Below are positions 38,281-47,407 of a DNA stretch of 64,000 nucleotides, one piece after another. The position numbers and the translations under genes were made by a program. The DNA is from a virus. The stretch spans positions 96,001 to 160,000 of IMG/VR virus record IMGVR_UViG_3300019776_000919; one strand, written 5' to 3'. Within the stretch, counting starts at the first letter, position 1; the number at the start of each line of letters is the position of its first letter. The notes under the pieces are model-generated. The model was not told where the DNA came from. It was given only the letters and a program-made list of their open reading frames with translations, and ran no database searches.

Positions 38281-39348
38281 ATGGCAACTATTACCATTCA
38301 AGATCTACAAGAAATCGCTGTGCAAGCCACTAGTGATTTTTTTAACAATCAAGTCCCTCTGAATCAATCCCTTGCTAAGCAGGCATCTGAGCGTGGACTT
38401 AATTCGGAACAGCTAAAAAGAGCTATTGAGACTACTAATACTTTGACTCATTTAAAGAGTATTGAAGTATCCAAGGATAGAACCGTAGAGTTTCCTGTTG
38501 CAGACTACACGTCAATTGTTAAAATGGCTTCAGTCCCTAATTTGACTGGCCCAGAAGACGAAGACGTACCTGACGGAGATGCTCACGGCTTCGTAGAAAA
38601 AGCAGCTTCTGCAGAAAGCATCCTAGCATACACTCCTCCTGATATGACGGAGAATGAGAAAATGTTGCATCTGCAGAAAGCTGCGCATATTAATAAAGTT
38701 GCTTTGGAAAACGCTCAAATTAATTTGAGAATTACCGGAGAAACTCTTCTAAAACAGGCTTTCGAACTAAGAAAAGACCCTCAGTTTATAGAGCATCTTT
38801 CAGCATCTTCTGCCGATAGTTTTCAATTTGAAAAGATTTCTACTCTTGTTTTAGGATCTATCGTTGATAGAAAAGATTACACAAACGGTATGTTTAAATC
38901 TGCTCAATTGAATGAAGTAGAATCATTTGTTTCTCTTTACAAGCAGGCCAGTGAATTGACTTCTGAAATCAAAACCAGAAAGAATATGGACGAACGCTGG
39001 GAAATGATTAAACAAGCTTCCATTTTAGGTTCTCTTGCTCAAGGGGTGGCTAAGTATACAACGAAAGCAGTGGTTGCCCCGGCTAAGTTAATGGGAAAAG
39101 CAATATCGGCTCCACTAGTAGCAGGAGCCGGGGTTGTTGGAAGACGGGTTAACAATGCTATTGCCAGTACCGGTGCAGGCAAAGCCGCAGGATTCACACC
39201 TAAACCTACTAACCCCGCGTTAGCTAAAAAAGTTATGGCTGTAGGAACTGGAGTAGGCATGGCAGCTATGGATGCCTCTGCTTTTGAGCCAAAATCTGAT
39301 CCTATGGGGTATGGTCAAGGCCGTATCTGGGATAATCTACAAAGATAA
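38281..39348 (+). CDS. probable internal head protein
   Basis: Many K-x-A sites; Gly/Ala-rich C-terminus. Confidence 0.7.
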   Translation: MATITIQDLQEIAVQATSDFFNNQVPLNQSLAKQASERGLNSEQLKRAIETTNTLTHLKSIEVSKDRTVEFPVADYTSIVKMASVPNLTGPEDEDVPDGDAHGFVEKAASAESILAYTPPDMTENEKMLHLQKAAHINKVALENAQINLRITGETLLKQAFELRKDPQFIEHLSASSADSFQFEKISTLVLGSIVDRKDYTNGMFKSAQLNEVESFVSLYKQASELTSEIKTRKNMDERWEMIKQASILGSLAQGVAKYTTKAVVAPAKLMGKAISAPLVAGAGVVGRRVNNAIASTGAGKAAGFTPKPTNPALAKKVMAVGTGVGMAAMDASAFEPKSDPMGYGQGRIWDNLQR

Positions 39349-39361
39349 ATTGAGAACAAAA

Positions 39362-39892
39362 ATGAACGAACAAATTCAAGAACTTTACGAATACGGCTTG
39401 GAAAAATACGCCGGAGATAAGACCGCTGCTAAAGATTTTGTAGTGGCTTTTATAAAAGAGGCTAGTGGTGCTGAAGTTGCTAAGCTGGGATGGAATACTG
39501 TAGGTAGATCTGCCCTACAAGCCTTGGGTGGAGCGTCGGTAGGTATTGGTGTAGGGTTAGGTATTCATGGGCTGTCTAGTATGATAAACGCCGCAGGTAA
39601 TGCGGGTTTACACGCTAAATTTAAAGAAGCTTTCAGTAAGGCTATCGCTATGAATCCCGTAGTTGCAGAGGGTCATAGATCAGAACCCGCTAAAGTAGAT
39701 TCTTATGCGGAAACCATTTTTAAGTTTGCTCCTCATGTTGCCTGTGATGCTAATTTACTAAGTACTGTTTTAGCTAATGCCGTACATGGTGAAAACGTAG
39801 ATCCTACTATTATTAAGTCTATTGTTGACCTAGAGTCCAAGCTTATCGAGACTCGTAAAAATTCTTTATTCACTCCTAAAACCTATCTATAA
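39362..39892 (+). CDS. probable internal head protein
   Basis: Start MNEQIQ avoids overlap; EKYAG, IKEAS; Gly-rich hydrophobic helix. Confidence 0.7.
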   Translation: MNEQIQELYEYGLEKYAGDKTAAKDFVVAFIKEASGAEVAKLGWNTVGRSALQALGGASVGIGVGLGIHGLSSMINAAGNAGLHAKFKEAFSKAIAMNPVVAEGHRSEPAKVDSYAETIFKFAPHVACDANLLSTVLANAVHGENVDPTIIKSIVDLESKLIETRKNSLFTPKTYL

Positions 39893-39893
39893 A

Positions 39894-40157
39894 ATGGACA
39901 AGTCTAGCAAGTTACTAGATTGGGCTGAAAAGTCCATCACTGAACTTAAGAATATGCCTATTCATAATAAGATAGGGTTAGGATTAGGCGTAACTTCACT
40001 TGGGCTAGGGTTAGTAAACTACCATAATAATAAAGTTAAATTAGATATGGATAAAGCAAGAATTGATCTAGATAAAGAGAGAGTTAATTTAGATATGAAA
40101 TCCCTTTCTGCTTTACAAAAAATCCACAAAGCTTTATCAAAAAAATCTAACATCTAA
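39894..40157 (+). CDS. small protein with one hydrophobic helix and a coiled coil
   Basis: 87 aa, coupled to neighbours. Confidence 0.7.
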   Translation: MDKSSKLLDWAEKSITELKNMPIHNKIGLGLGVTSLGLGLVNYHNNKVKLDMDKARIDLDKERVNLDMKSLSALQKIHKALSKKSNI

Positions 40158-40165
40158 ATTACCCC

Positions 40166-41689
40166 ATGTTAAAACTTATAGACATAGACTCTTCTTTCTT
40201 CAATGAAGAGCCTGTGGTTAGAATTATAAACACTGATTCTAATTTTCCATTGGAGAAGACTGCAGCTGATTCTAGGATAAATACTTTTATCTCCGATCTT
40301 AAACCGGAACAAGATAAAATATACGTCCACATTTTAGCTATGGGGGCTGGGGAATACTTTGGGGCTAATAGAAATGCAGACTATTTCCCTGAAGATAATC
40401 TTATCAAATGGCATGATACATTTAGAACGTCTCCTGCGCATATCTTTAAGCATCACATAAATAAAAATCCTGAGATTGCTATTGGTAAGGTCATTTTTTC
40501 CGTATACAACGAAAGAATGCACAGAGTAGAAGTTATTGCTTGGATTGATAAGAAAAAAGGATGGGATGTAGTTGATAAAATCGAGAGGGGTGAGTTCCCT
40601 GCTACTTCAATGGCGTGCCATACTCCGTATGATACTTGCTCTATTTGTGGAAACAAAGCTAGATCTCGTAATGAATATTGCTCTCATTTAAGAGGTGAAC
40701 TGGGTAAAGTCCATCCTACTGGTGAAAAAACCATGGCCATCAATGATGGAGCCCTTAAGTTTTTTGATATGTCAGTAGTATTTAAACCTGCAGATGTTAC
40801 TAGTAGTGTATTACAAAAAGTTGCTTATGCTGATCAATCTATTACCGGTTCTGCAGAGTCTGCGGAAATGATGGGTTTAGGTGAAAAAACTACTGAACTT
40901 AAAAAGTTAAGTTCGATGATTAAAGAGATTGAAGGAACTATGATCAATTCCTCAGACTCTTTAAAAGCAATCTTAGACAAAGTTAAGGACCCAGAAGAAG
41001 AAGTAATTTCTCTTTTAGAAGATTTAGAACTTGATCACGTAATTCATGCATTTGCAGAATTAGGCATCTCACCGTCTGTAGGGTTTTTTGCTAAGTTAAT
41101 CGGTAGAAAAATTTGTGGCGAGGATGTCGCCGGAATAGAGACGTTAGTAAAAGGTTTAATTCAAGTAGACGGTGATAAGGTACATGTACCGGAACAAGGT
41201 CTTTCTAAAGTTGCATCTACCTATGAAGTAAACCATGCAATTTCTATACTGTCGCCTATGACTAAACAATGTTCTATTTTCCCAGACATTGTTATGCAAA
41301 GAGAGCTGGAAAATTCAAACCCTGGATTTATACATCAAAGCGGGTTGGATTATATGAATTCTTCCAATGTAGGATATATCGGTAATGGACCTTATCCTGC
41401 TGCAGACCCTAGAAAAACATATTTACATTTGAGAGACGTTTACAGAGAGAAAAACTCAGATGGCTCTAGTATTTTGAAAACTTTATTTACTATCGGTGGC
41501 GCAGCAATAGCCGCTAAATGGCTAGTGTCGAAACTTATCGAAAGTAAAATGCAGGAACTTAGAGAAGAAATTCGCAAAGATAATTCTTCCCCAGTTAAAA
41601 TAGTATTAGTTAAATCGGCTGAACAAGCTTTCACTACTCAACAATTAGTTAAAGCATCCCTCTTGAATAGTTTAAAAACTGGGTTATAA
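40166..41689 (+). CDS. prohead (capsid maturation) protease
   Basis: N.NADYF, HH.NK, TSMAC..PYD.CSICGN, CSH, FFDMSVV..PAD; upstream of scaffold and capsid genes. Confidence 0.8.
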   Translation: MLKLIDIDSSFFNEEPVVRIINTDSNFPLEKTAADSRINTFISDLKPEQDKIYVHILAMGAGEYFGANRNADYFPEDNLIKWHDTFRTSPAHIFKHHINKNPEIAIGKVIFSVYNERMHRVEVIAWIDKKKGWDVVDKIERGEFPATSMACHTPYDTCSICGNKARSRNEYCSHLRGELGKVHPTGEKTMAINDGALKFFDMSVVFKPADVTSSVLQKVAYADQSITGSAESAEMMGLGEKTTELKKLSSMIKEIEGTMINSSDSLKAILDKVKDPEEEVISLLEDLELDHVIHAFAELGISPSVGFFAKLIGRKICGEDVAGIETLVKGLIQVDGDKVHVPEQGLSKVASTYEVNHAISILSPMTKQCSIFPDIVMQRELENSNPGFIHQSGLDYMNSSNVGYIGNGPYPAADPRKTYLHLRDVYREKNSDGSSILKTLFTIGGAAIAAKWLVSKLIESKMQELREEIRKDNSSPVKIVLVKSAEQAFTTQQLVKASLLNSLKTGL

Positions 41690-41744
41690 TTCAGTCAATT
41701 TAGTTAAGAATAATCTAAACAGAAAACCAAGGATAAAAAATAAA

Positions 41745-43682
41745 ATGGATCTAACTCTTGATCAACTGCTAGCTAGTTTTGAAACTGGCATGCAAAAATC
41801 AGCGTCGGAAGGCGAAGATAAGAAAGAAGAAGCTAAAGACGAGAAAAACGAATTCCCCTTCAAAAAGAAGGATGAAGAAGTTTCAGAAAAGTCTGAAGAA
41901 AAAAAGGACGAAGATGAGTCTAAAGATGAATCCGAAGGCCAAGAAAAAGAAGCTTCACTAGCTGGTGCCGCTTTGGCTCGTGAAGTAATGCAAAAAGTAG
42001 CATCACTCAACCTGGACAATGGAATGAATAAACAAGCCTCAACCGCCGGTCAAGCACTGGCTCGTGCCCTTCTAAAGAAGGCCTCTGCTGGAGACGTATC
42101 TACGACAAACGGCATTACCTCGGAAGCTGTTCCGAATAAGTCTCAAGTAGACAACGCTGAAATGGAAGCTGAAGGCGCTGCTGCTATTAAGGCCCTGCCT
42201 ACTGGCGACGGCGTACGTAACTACGGAACCGTTAATGAGATTTTTGATGCGATGATTCAAGACGCTCTTGCACAAGGCGCTGCTTCAACTGATCAAGTTC
42301 ATGAGCGTGGCGTTGCTAAGAATGAAGGTGCTGTTCTGGAACATGCTGTTCCGAATCAAATCAAAGTTGCCGCTATGAACGCCCTGATGCAAGGTGGTTT
42401 TGATTTTGACACTGCTGCCCAACTCTTGAAGTCTGCCGAAAGAAACGATCATAAAATTGAAGGATATATTTCCCCCGCTTGGCAAGAAAATGCCATTGCT
42501 AAGGACCACGGTAAAGAAGGCCTTAAGGGCGTAGGCGCTAATGTAAGTAAACACATTACCGGAGGCCTTAGAGTAGCTGGACGGGGATATCTAGAAGGTT
42601 TTGGCGGCAGCGTTGCCGGAGGTCTAATAGGCCAAGCTGTTGGGCTTGCAGGTAAAAATGCCCATGCTGTTAGAACCGGAACAAGTGTCGGAGCTACTTT
42701 AGGTGGACTTGGCGGCTTGGCTCATGGCGTTTATTCCTCTCTGAAAAACCAAGCTGATGAAGCCCATAAGAAGTATGCTTCAGAACAAGACCAATCGCAA
42801 GACGAAATCGAAAAGGCCGCCGCCATTTCCCATCTGGTCGCTAATGGCGTTAATTTTGACGACGCTTTTGAAATGGTTAAACAAGCCGAAGCTGAAATTG
42901 CTTTTGAAATGGAAAAAGCCGCTTGTCTGGAAACCCTGATCAATGAAGGTGTAGATTATGATTCAGCCGTTGAGTTGGTTAAGCAAGCTGCTGCTGGTGA
43001 TCTGAACACTACTGATGGTGTTAATCCTGGCTCGGTTCCTAATAAGAACCAAGAAGACAACGCTCAGATGGAAGCCGAAGGCGCTGCTACGGTAAAGCCG
43101 CTGCCCACTGGTAACGGTATTGCTGCTCAAGGTAATGTAAACCAAATTTTTGACGCCATCGTAGATGATGCTCTGGCTCAAGGCGCTGCTTCAAGTGACC
43201 AAGTTCACGAGCGTGGTGTATCGAAAGCCGAAGGTGCTGTAGAAGCTCATGCCGTTCCTAATCAGGTTAAGGTCGCTGCCATGAATAAGCTGTTGGAAGC
43301 CGGTGTTGATTTTGAAAAAGCTGCTGAAATTGTTAAGCAGGCTGGTGCCGCTGCAATTCCCAGTTTTCTCACCAAAGTAAGAGGCAACGCCATTAACGCT
43401 GTCAAAGATGCTAAGGCCCTAGTTGGAGCTGGTCCTAGCCGGTTCCCGATGGCTCCGGATTCAAAAGGCATGATCCGTCCTTTGAAGAGAGACAGTGCAA
43501 TGGGATTGGTTAAGAATCCTGTGGTTCAAGCTGGAGCTGCTACCGCCGCTGCCGGTGCCGGCGCTGCTGCCCTGAGTCGTGAAAAGAAAGCTGCCGTCGA
43601 TATGCTGACGGAAGCCGGTATTGACTTTGACTCAGCTGTAAGCTTGGTTAATGAAAAGGCCGCTGAACTGTACGGTGAGTAA
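41745..43682 (+). CDS. scaffold/core-like protein with internal duplication
   Basis: Acidic; two ~100-aa repeats; repeated G.DFD.A..LVK.A units; more than 15 K-x-A sites. Confidence 0.75.
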   Translation: MDLTLDQLLASFETGMQKSASEGEDKKEEAKDEKNEFPFKKKDEEVSEKSEEKKDEDESKDESEGQEKEASLAGAALAREVMQKVASLNLDNGMNKQASTAGQALARALLKKASAGDVSTTNGITSEAVPNKSQVDNAEMEAEGAAAIKALPTGDGVRNYGTVNEIFDAMIQDALAQGAASTDQVHERGVAKNEGAVLEHAVPNQIKVAAMNALMQGGFDFDTAAQLLKSAERNDHKIEGYISPAWQENAIAKDHGKEGLKGVGANVSKHITGGLRVAGRGYLEGFGGSVAGGLIGQAVGLAGKNAHAVRTGTSVGATLGGLGGLAHGVYSSLKNQADEAHKKYASEQDQSQDEIEKAAAISHLVANGVNFDDAFEMVKQAEAEIAFEMEKAACLETLINEGVDYDSAVELVKQAAAGDLNTTDGVNPGSVPNKNQEDNAQMEAEGAATVKPLPTGNGIAAQGNVNQIFDAIVDDALAQGAASSDQVHERGVSKAEGAVEAHAVPNQVKVAAMNKLLEAGVDFEKAAEIVKQAGAAAIPSFLTKVRGNAINAVKDAKALVGAGPSRFPMAPDSKGMIRPLKRDSAMGLVKNPVVQAGAATAAAGAGAAALSREKKAAVDMLTEAGIDFDSAVSLVNEKAAELYGE

Positions 43683-43687
43683 TTTGG

Positions 43688-43711
43688 AAGACCTGGGAAA
43701 CTAGGTCTTTT
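43688..43711 (+). terminator. hairpin/possible terminator
   Basis: AAGACCTGG-GAAA-CTAGGTCTT followed by TT. Confidence 0.55.
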
Positions 43712-43715
43712 AAAA

Positions 43716-44255
43716 ATGACTAACAAGTACATTACTAAAATCGCATCTCACGGGATCTCTGATAAAGTCAGGGATCCTGATTTAGCTCGTGCCGCTGGAA
43801 AAGGCTTTTTATACGGGTCTGTCGGATCTGCTATTGGAGCCAGGGGCGGCGGACTGACTTCTTTGATTGGTGCCGTTGCAGGCGGATATCATGGATATAA
43901 GTCTTCTTTAAAGAACCAGCTCAAAGATCAACAACTCCATGACATTAAACTTCAGGGGGCGGCTCAACGGCAAGAACTCCATGAAGCTAAAATGCATAAG
44001 ATGGCGGAAGAAAAAGATCCCCGCAAAGGTTTAAAAGAAGCCATCAACGTCGGTACTATTGCAGGGTTGGGTGGATTGGCTACTTTTGGTGCAGCTAAAG
44101 CTACAAACAAATTACTGCCGGTAATTGCAAAAAAATTCCCCAAGGTAACTCATAATGGTCTGTTGACCGGACTGGGTACTATCGGTGGTTTGGCTGCAGA
44201 TTACGCAGGGCTTAAAATCGGTGATGCAACTAACAAACACATAGACAAATTATGA
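43716..44255 (+). CDS. NKYITKIA-motif protein, Gly-rich hydrophobic
   Basis: Starts MTNKYITKIAS. Confidence 0.8.
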   Translation: MTNKYITKIASHGISDKVRDPDLARAAGKGFLYGSVGSAIGARGGGLTSLIGAVAGGYHGYKSSLKNQLKDQQLHDIKLQGAAQRQELHEAKMHKMAEEKDPRKGLKEAINVGTIAGLGGLATFGAAKATNKLLPVIAKKFPKVTHNGLLTGLGTIGGLAADYAGLKIGDATNKHIDKL

Positions 44256-44845
44256 AACTGTCAACACTACTATACAAACAAGCTCAAGAGCTTCGCACTC
44301 AATCCACAGAATATGTGGCGGTTGATCTTCTGAAAAAGGCTGGCATGGATGAAACTCAAGCCAGATTTGAAGTAGCTCAAAAGCTGATGGAAAAAGAAGC
44401 TACTGACTATTTGGTTAACTCTGGGATTGATTATGACACTGCATTGGAAATGGTTAAGATTGCCAACGTCAATGTAAAAGAGTTGGCTTCATTTAAAGTG
44501 GAGCCTTCGGAAGAAGAAGTTCTTTCTTTGAATATTGAAAAAGCTGCCGGGTTAGCAAAAGAGTTGGAAGAAAAGGTTGCTGACTATGATTCCCTGTTGG
44601 AAAAAGTAGCTCAACTGGAAGCTCAATTGGCCGATAAACCGGAAGTTGAAACTGTATCTGAACCAATGCAGAAGTTTGCTAAGTCAGGTGCGTTTACAAA
44701 TGAAGATTTGGAAGCCCTTAGAAAGCTTTCTACGGAAACCTTATCTAAAGTAGCATCATTGTCGGAACAGCCTTGGTCTTTAGGTAAGTCAGATCATTCA
44801 GATGTTGAATCATTAGATCCGCTTGCTCAATTCTGCTTAAGCTAA
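44252..44845 (+). CDS. scaffold-like coiled-coil protein
   Basis: Acidic, helical, many K-x-A sites. Confidence 0.7.
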   Translation: MKLSTLLYKQAQELRTQSTEYVAVDLLKKAGMDETQARFEVAQKLMEKEATDYLVNSGIDYDTALEMVKIANVNVKELASFKVEPSEEEVLSLNIEKAAGLAKELEEKVADYDSLLEKVAQLEAQLADKPEVETVSEPMQKFAKSGAFTNEDLEALRKLSTETLSKVASLSEQPWSLGKSDHSDVESLDPLAQFCLS

Positions 44846-44847
44846 AA

Positions 44848-45096
44848 ATGAATAAGTATTTACTAAAAATAGCAAGTATGTGGACTTCGGGGGAGACAGT
44901 ATCTCCTCCGAATCCTCATGTATTCAACCCGTCTTCTCCTCATTATGCACCTAGAGTGGCTAGAAGATCAGCTCTTCTAAAGGGGGCCGGAGGGTTAGCT
45001 GCAGGGCTTGGAGCTGGATATTTAGCAATAAAAGCTCTTAATCATTCTTCTGATCAAAACAACCAATATCAAGACTACTCTCAGTATGGCCAATAA
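44848..45096 (+). CDS. NKYLxKIA-motif small protein
   Basis: Starts MNKYLLKIAS. Confidence 0.78.
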   Translation: MNKYLLKIASMWTSGETVSPPNPHVFNPSSPHYAPRVARRSALLKGAGGLAAGLGAGYLAIKALNHSSDQNNQYQDYSQYGQ

Positions 45097-45415
45097 ATAC
45101 CTAGAGAAAATTGCTCTTAATAAGTTTGAACAAAAAGTATCATCTGGGATTATCTCCAATGATCCTCGTGTTCAAGCAGTCGCTTCTAAACTAGAAGACT
45201 CTAAGAAGTTTTTATCTAAATATCCGCATTCCCATGTAAATGAGTTAGTGGATCTACATAAAGACTTTAGTCCAGTAAGAGAAGCACGGGGTAAGTATCG
45301 TTCTGCATTAGGATCAAACCCGGTTACTCACTTTAAAAACGTGGGTGATAGCTTGGCTCATGGAGCCCCTAGTATTGCTAAGAAGCTTTCTTTTTTAGCT
45401 AGAGTACGTGGATGA
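45086..45415 (+). CDS. NKYLxKIA-motif protein
   Basis: Starts MANKYLEKIAL. Confidence 0.8.
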   Translation: MANKYLEKIALNKFEQKVSSGIISNDPRVQAVASKLEDSKKFLSKYPHSHVNELVDLHKDFSPVREARGKYRSALGSNPVTHFKNVGDSLAHGAPSIAKKLSFLARVRG

Positions 45416-45906
45416 ATCGGTACCTTGAAAAAATAGCATTGAATAGGTTTGAGCAGTATTTAGCTGCTCAGCCTAAAGATCGTATTTTCAAAAACCAACA
45501 AGTTCAAAAGACTTATAACTCTGTTCAGAAATCAGAGCAACTAGGTAGAATTGGTCATAAGATGAATTCTCTCGGTGGAGCCGGAGATAATTATCTAAAG
45601 CAATCTAGAGATGAACTTAGAAATAGCCGTGGTAAATTTGGAGTTTGGGATAAGGAAACTCAACCCAATAGAGCTTTTAAAAAACCAGAAGACGTAGCAG
45701 CTAAGAATGCTAAAAAACCCGTTATAGATAAACGTATCAAGGCTCCTAAATTTGATCCTTTAAAACGTTTAGCTGAGTCTGAATATAGGTACAAGCCTAT
45801 AGTAAGAACTCCAGCTAGTAAAGGGATGAAAGCCCTGGCTGCATTAGCTGCTGCTGGTGGGGCTGGATTAATTGGTTACGGAATAAAGAAAAATATAACG
45901 GAATAA
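45412..45906 (+). CDS. NRYLxKIA-motif basic protein
   Basis: Starts MNRYLEKIAL; C-terminal hydrophobic helix. Confidence 0.8.
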   Translation: MNRYLEKIALNRFEQYLAAQPKDRIFKNQQVQKTYNSVQKSEQLGRIGHKMNSLGGAGDNYLKQSRDELRNSRGKFGVWDKETQPNRAFKKPEDVAAKNAKKPVIDKRIKAPKFDPLKRLAESEYRYKPIVRTPASKGMKALAALAAAGGAGLIGYGIKKNITE

Positions 45907-46002
45907 CAATTCTGTATTAAAATACCTAATATAGAATACAGAAGTTGAAATAGTTCAACTTCTATCTAAAAATAACTCTTCAACACAAAGGATATTTATA
46001 AC

Positions 46003-46419
46003 ATGAAGATGGAATATACAGCCCAGATTCTGAGAGGTTGGCCTTATGAAGGTGCCCTCGACAGAGCTGAGACCATCAAGACCGGCGTTTCGCTGGTTAA
46101 CGGCGACTGGGTACAAAAACAATCAGACGGAACTATCGATAAGGTAAGTTCCACCAAGACCGCTAATGCTGGTCTAGTCATCCGTGGTAACACAGACAGC
46201 ACTTCTGGTGTAACAACCGGTAAGGCTACTGTTCTGTGGGGTAACTTCATTGCTCAAATCAAGACCGCTACCGTGTTTACGCCAGGCGCTGCCCTGACCG
46301 CACAAAACGGTGTTCTGGTTGCTGGCACTGTCGGTACTGATCCTATCATTGGCTACGTTTTGGACGTTATCGCTTCGAGCGCTACGACCGATGCTAGCGT
46401 TGTTGTTAAGATCAACTAA
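46003..46419 (+). CDS. probable capsid cement/decoration protein
   Basis: 138 aa, beta-rich, directly upstream of the MCP, strongly biased codons. Confidence 0.7.
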   Translation: MKMEYTAQILRGWPYEGALDRAETIKTGVSLVNGDWVQKQSDGTIDKVSSTKTANAGLVIRGNTDSTSGVTTGKATVLWGNFIAQIKTATVFTPGAALTAQNGVLVAGTVGTDPIIGYVLDVIASSATTDASVVVKIN

Positions 46420-46438
46420 TCCGGAGGAAATTTAAAAA

Positions 46439-47356
46439 ATGTCATACAATACTGAAACTACTAACGTTCAATTCATGAACCAGAGCTTCCTCCAGAAGAT
46501 CGACCAAGGCATGACCAAAGAAGCTGGCGTTGCCATGACGGCGTTTGTTCGTCAAAAGCTGCGTGAAGACGCCTTCGTTCGTAAGATTCTGCCTTTCCAA
46601 TCAGTAACTGCTGCTGAACTGGATCGTCAGACTGACGAAGAGCCCACCATCATCTGCGAAAAAGAACCTGACTCAGTTGCGGCTACCCTGCCGTTCCTGG
46701 CTCGTGCCCCGATTCGTTACTGGACTGGTCCTCGTTACAAGGTAAACTTCCAGAAGCTGTCGTCAGATGACTTCCGTAAGTCAAAGTTTGAACTGATGAC
46801 CTATCGTACGGACATCCGTACCGTTCTGCAAGAGAACTCGATCAAGGACATTCAAGAGCAAGAAGACTATGGTTTCTACCAGAATCTGCTGGCTATTGCT
46901 GCCAACAACACTGCTATCGGTGCCACTAACACCTACAGCATCTCTGGTTTCTCGAAGGCTAACTACCTGACAGGTATCAAGAAGCTGCTGGAAAGACGCC
47001 TGCCGGTTGGCTGTGTTCTGATGAGCCAGTCGCTGTACAACGACATGCTAGCCTTCCAGTCGACCGATATCGGTTCGCCTGCTGCCAGCTCACTGTTCAT
47101 GGGTGAAGCCCAACTGCAAGCCCCGTTCGGCTACAAGGTCATCACGACCAACAAGTCGACCGCTGCTAACAGCTTCTTCCCCACCAACAGAATGATCGTT
47201 TTTGCACCGCCTCAGTTCCTGGGTCAAGCGTTTTCGCTGCAAGATGCGACCGTATTCCTCAAAGCTGAGCTGGATATGATCGAATTTACGGCTTACGAAT
47301 CAATCGGTATCGGCCTGGGCAACACCCAAGGTTTCGTTATCATCGACTTCGTCTAA
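46439..47356 (+). CDS. major capsid protein (HK97 fold inferred)
   Basis: 305 aa, GGAGG SD, strongest codon bias in the window, follows protease/scaffold/cement genes, followed by a terminator. Confidence 0.8.
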   Translation: MSYNTETTNVQFMNQSFLQKIDQGMTKEAGVAMTAFVRQKLREDAFVRKILPFQSVTAAELDRQTDEEPTIICEKEPDSVAATLPFLARAPIRYWTGPRYKVNFQKLSSDDFRKSKFELMTYRTDIRTVLQENSIKDIQEQEDYGFYQNLLAIAANNTAIGATNTYSISGFSKANYLTGIKKLLERRLPVGCVLMSQSLYNDMLAFQSTDIGSPAASSLFMGEAQLQAPFGYKVITTNKSTAANSFFPTNRMIVFAPPQFLGQAFSLQDATVFLKAELDMIEFTAYESIGIGLGNTQGFVIIDFV

Positions 47357-47370
47357 TCTGTAGACAATCT

Positions 47371-47405
47371 AAAAAAAGCCTAGCTAGTCTAGGCTTTTTT
47401 CTTTT
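47371..47405. terminator. bidirectional intrinsic terminator
   Basis: A7-GCCTAG-CTAGT-CTAGGC-T-run. Confidence 0.85.
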
Positions 47406-47407
47406 GG

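Noticed and set aside
18260-45975. Late promoter motif TAAAAT before plus-strand genes (e.g. ~18266, ~24087, ~32964, ~35634, ~38269)
   Set aside because: It recurs, but is too short and AT-rich to separate from background without statistics
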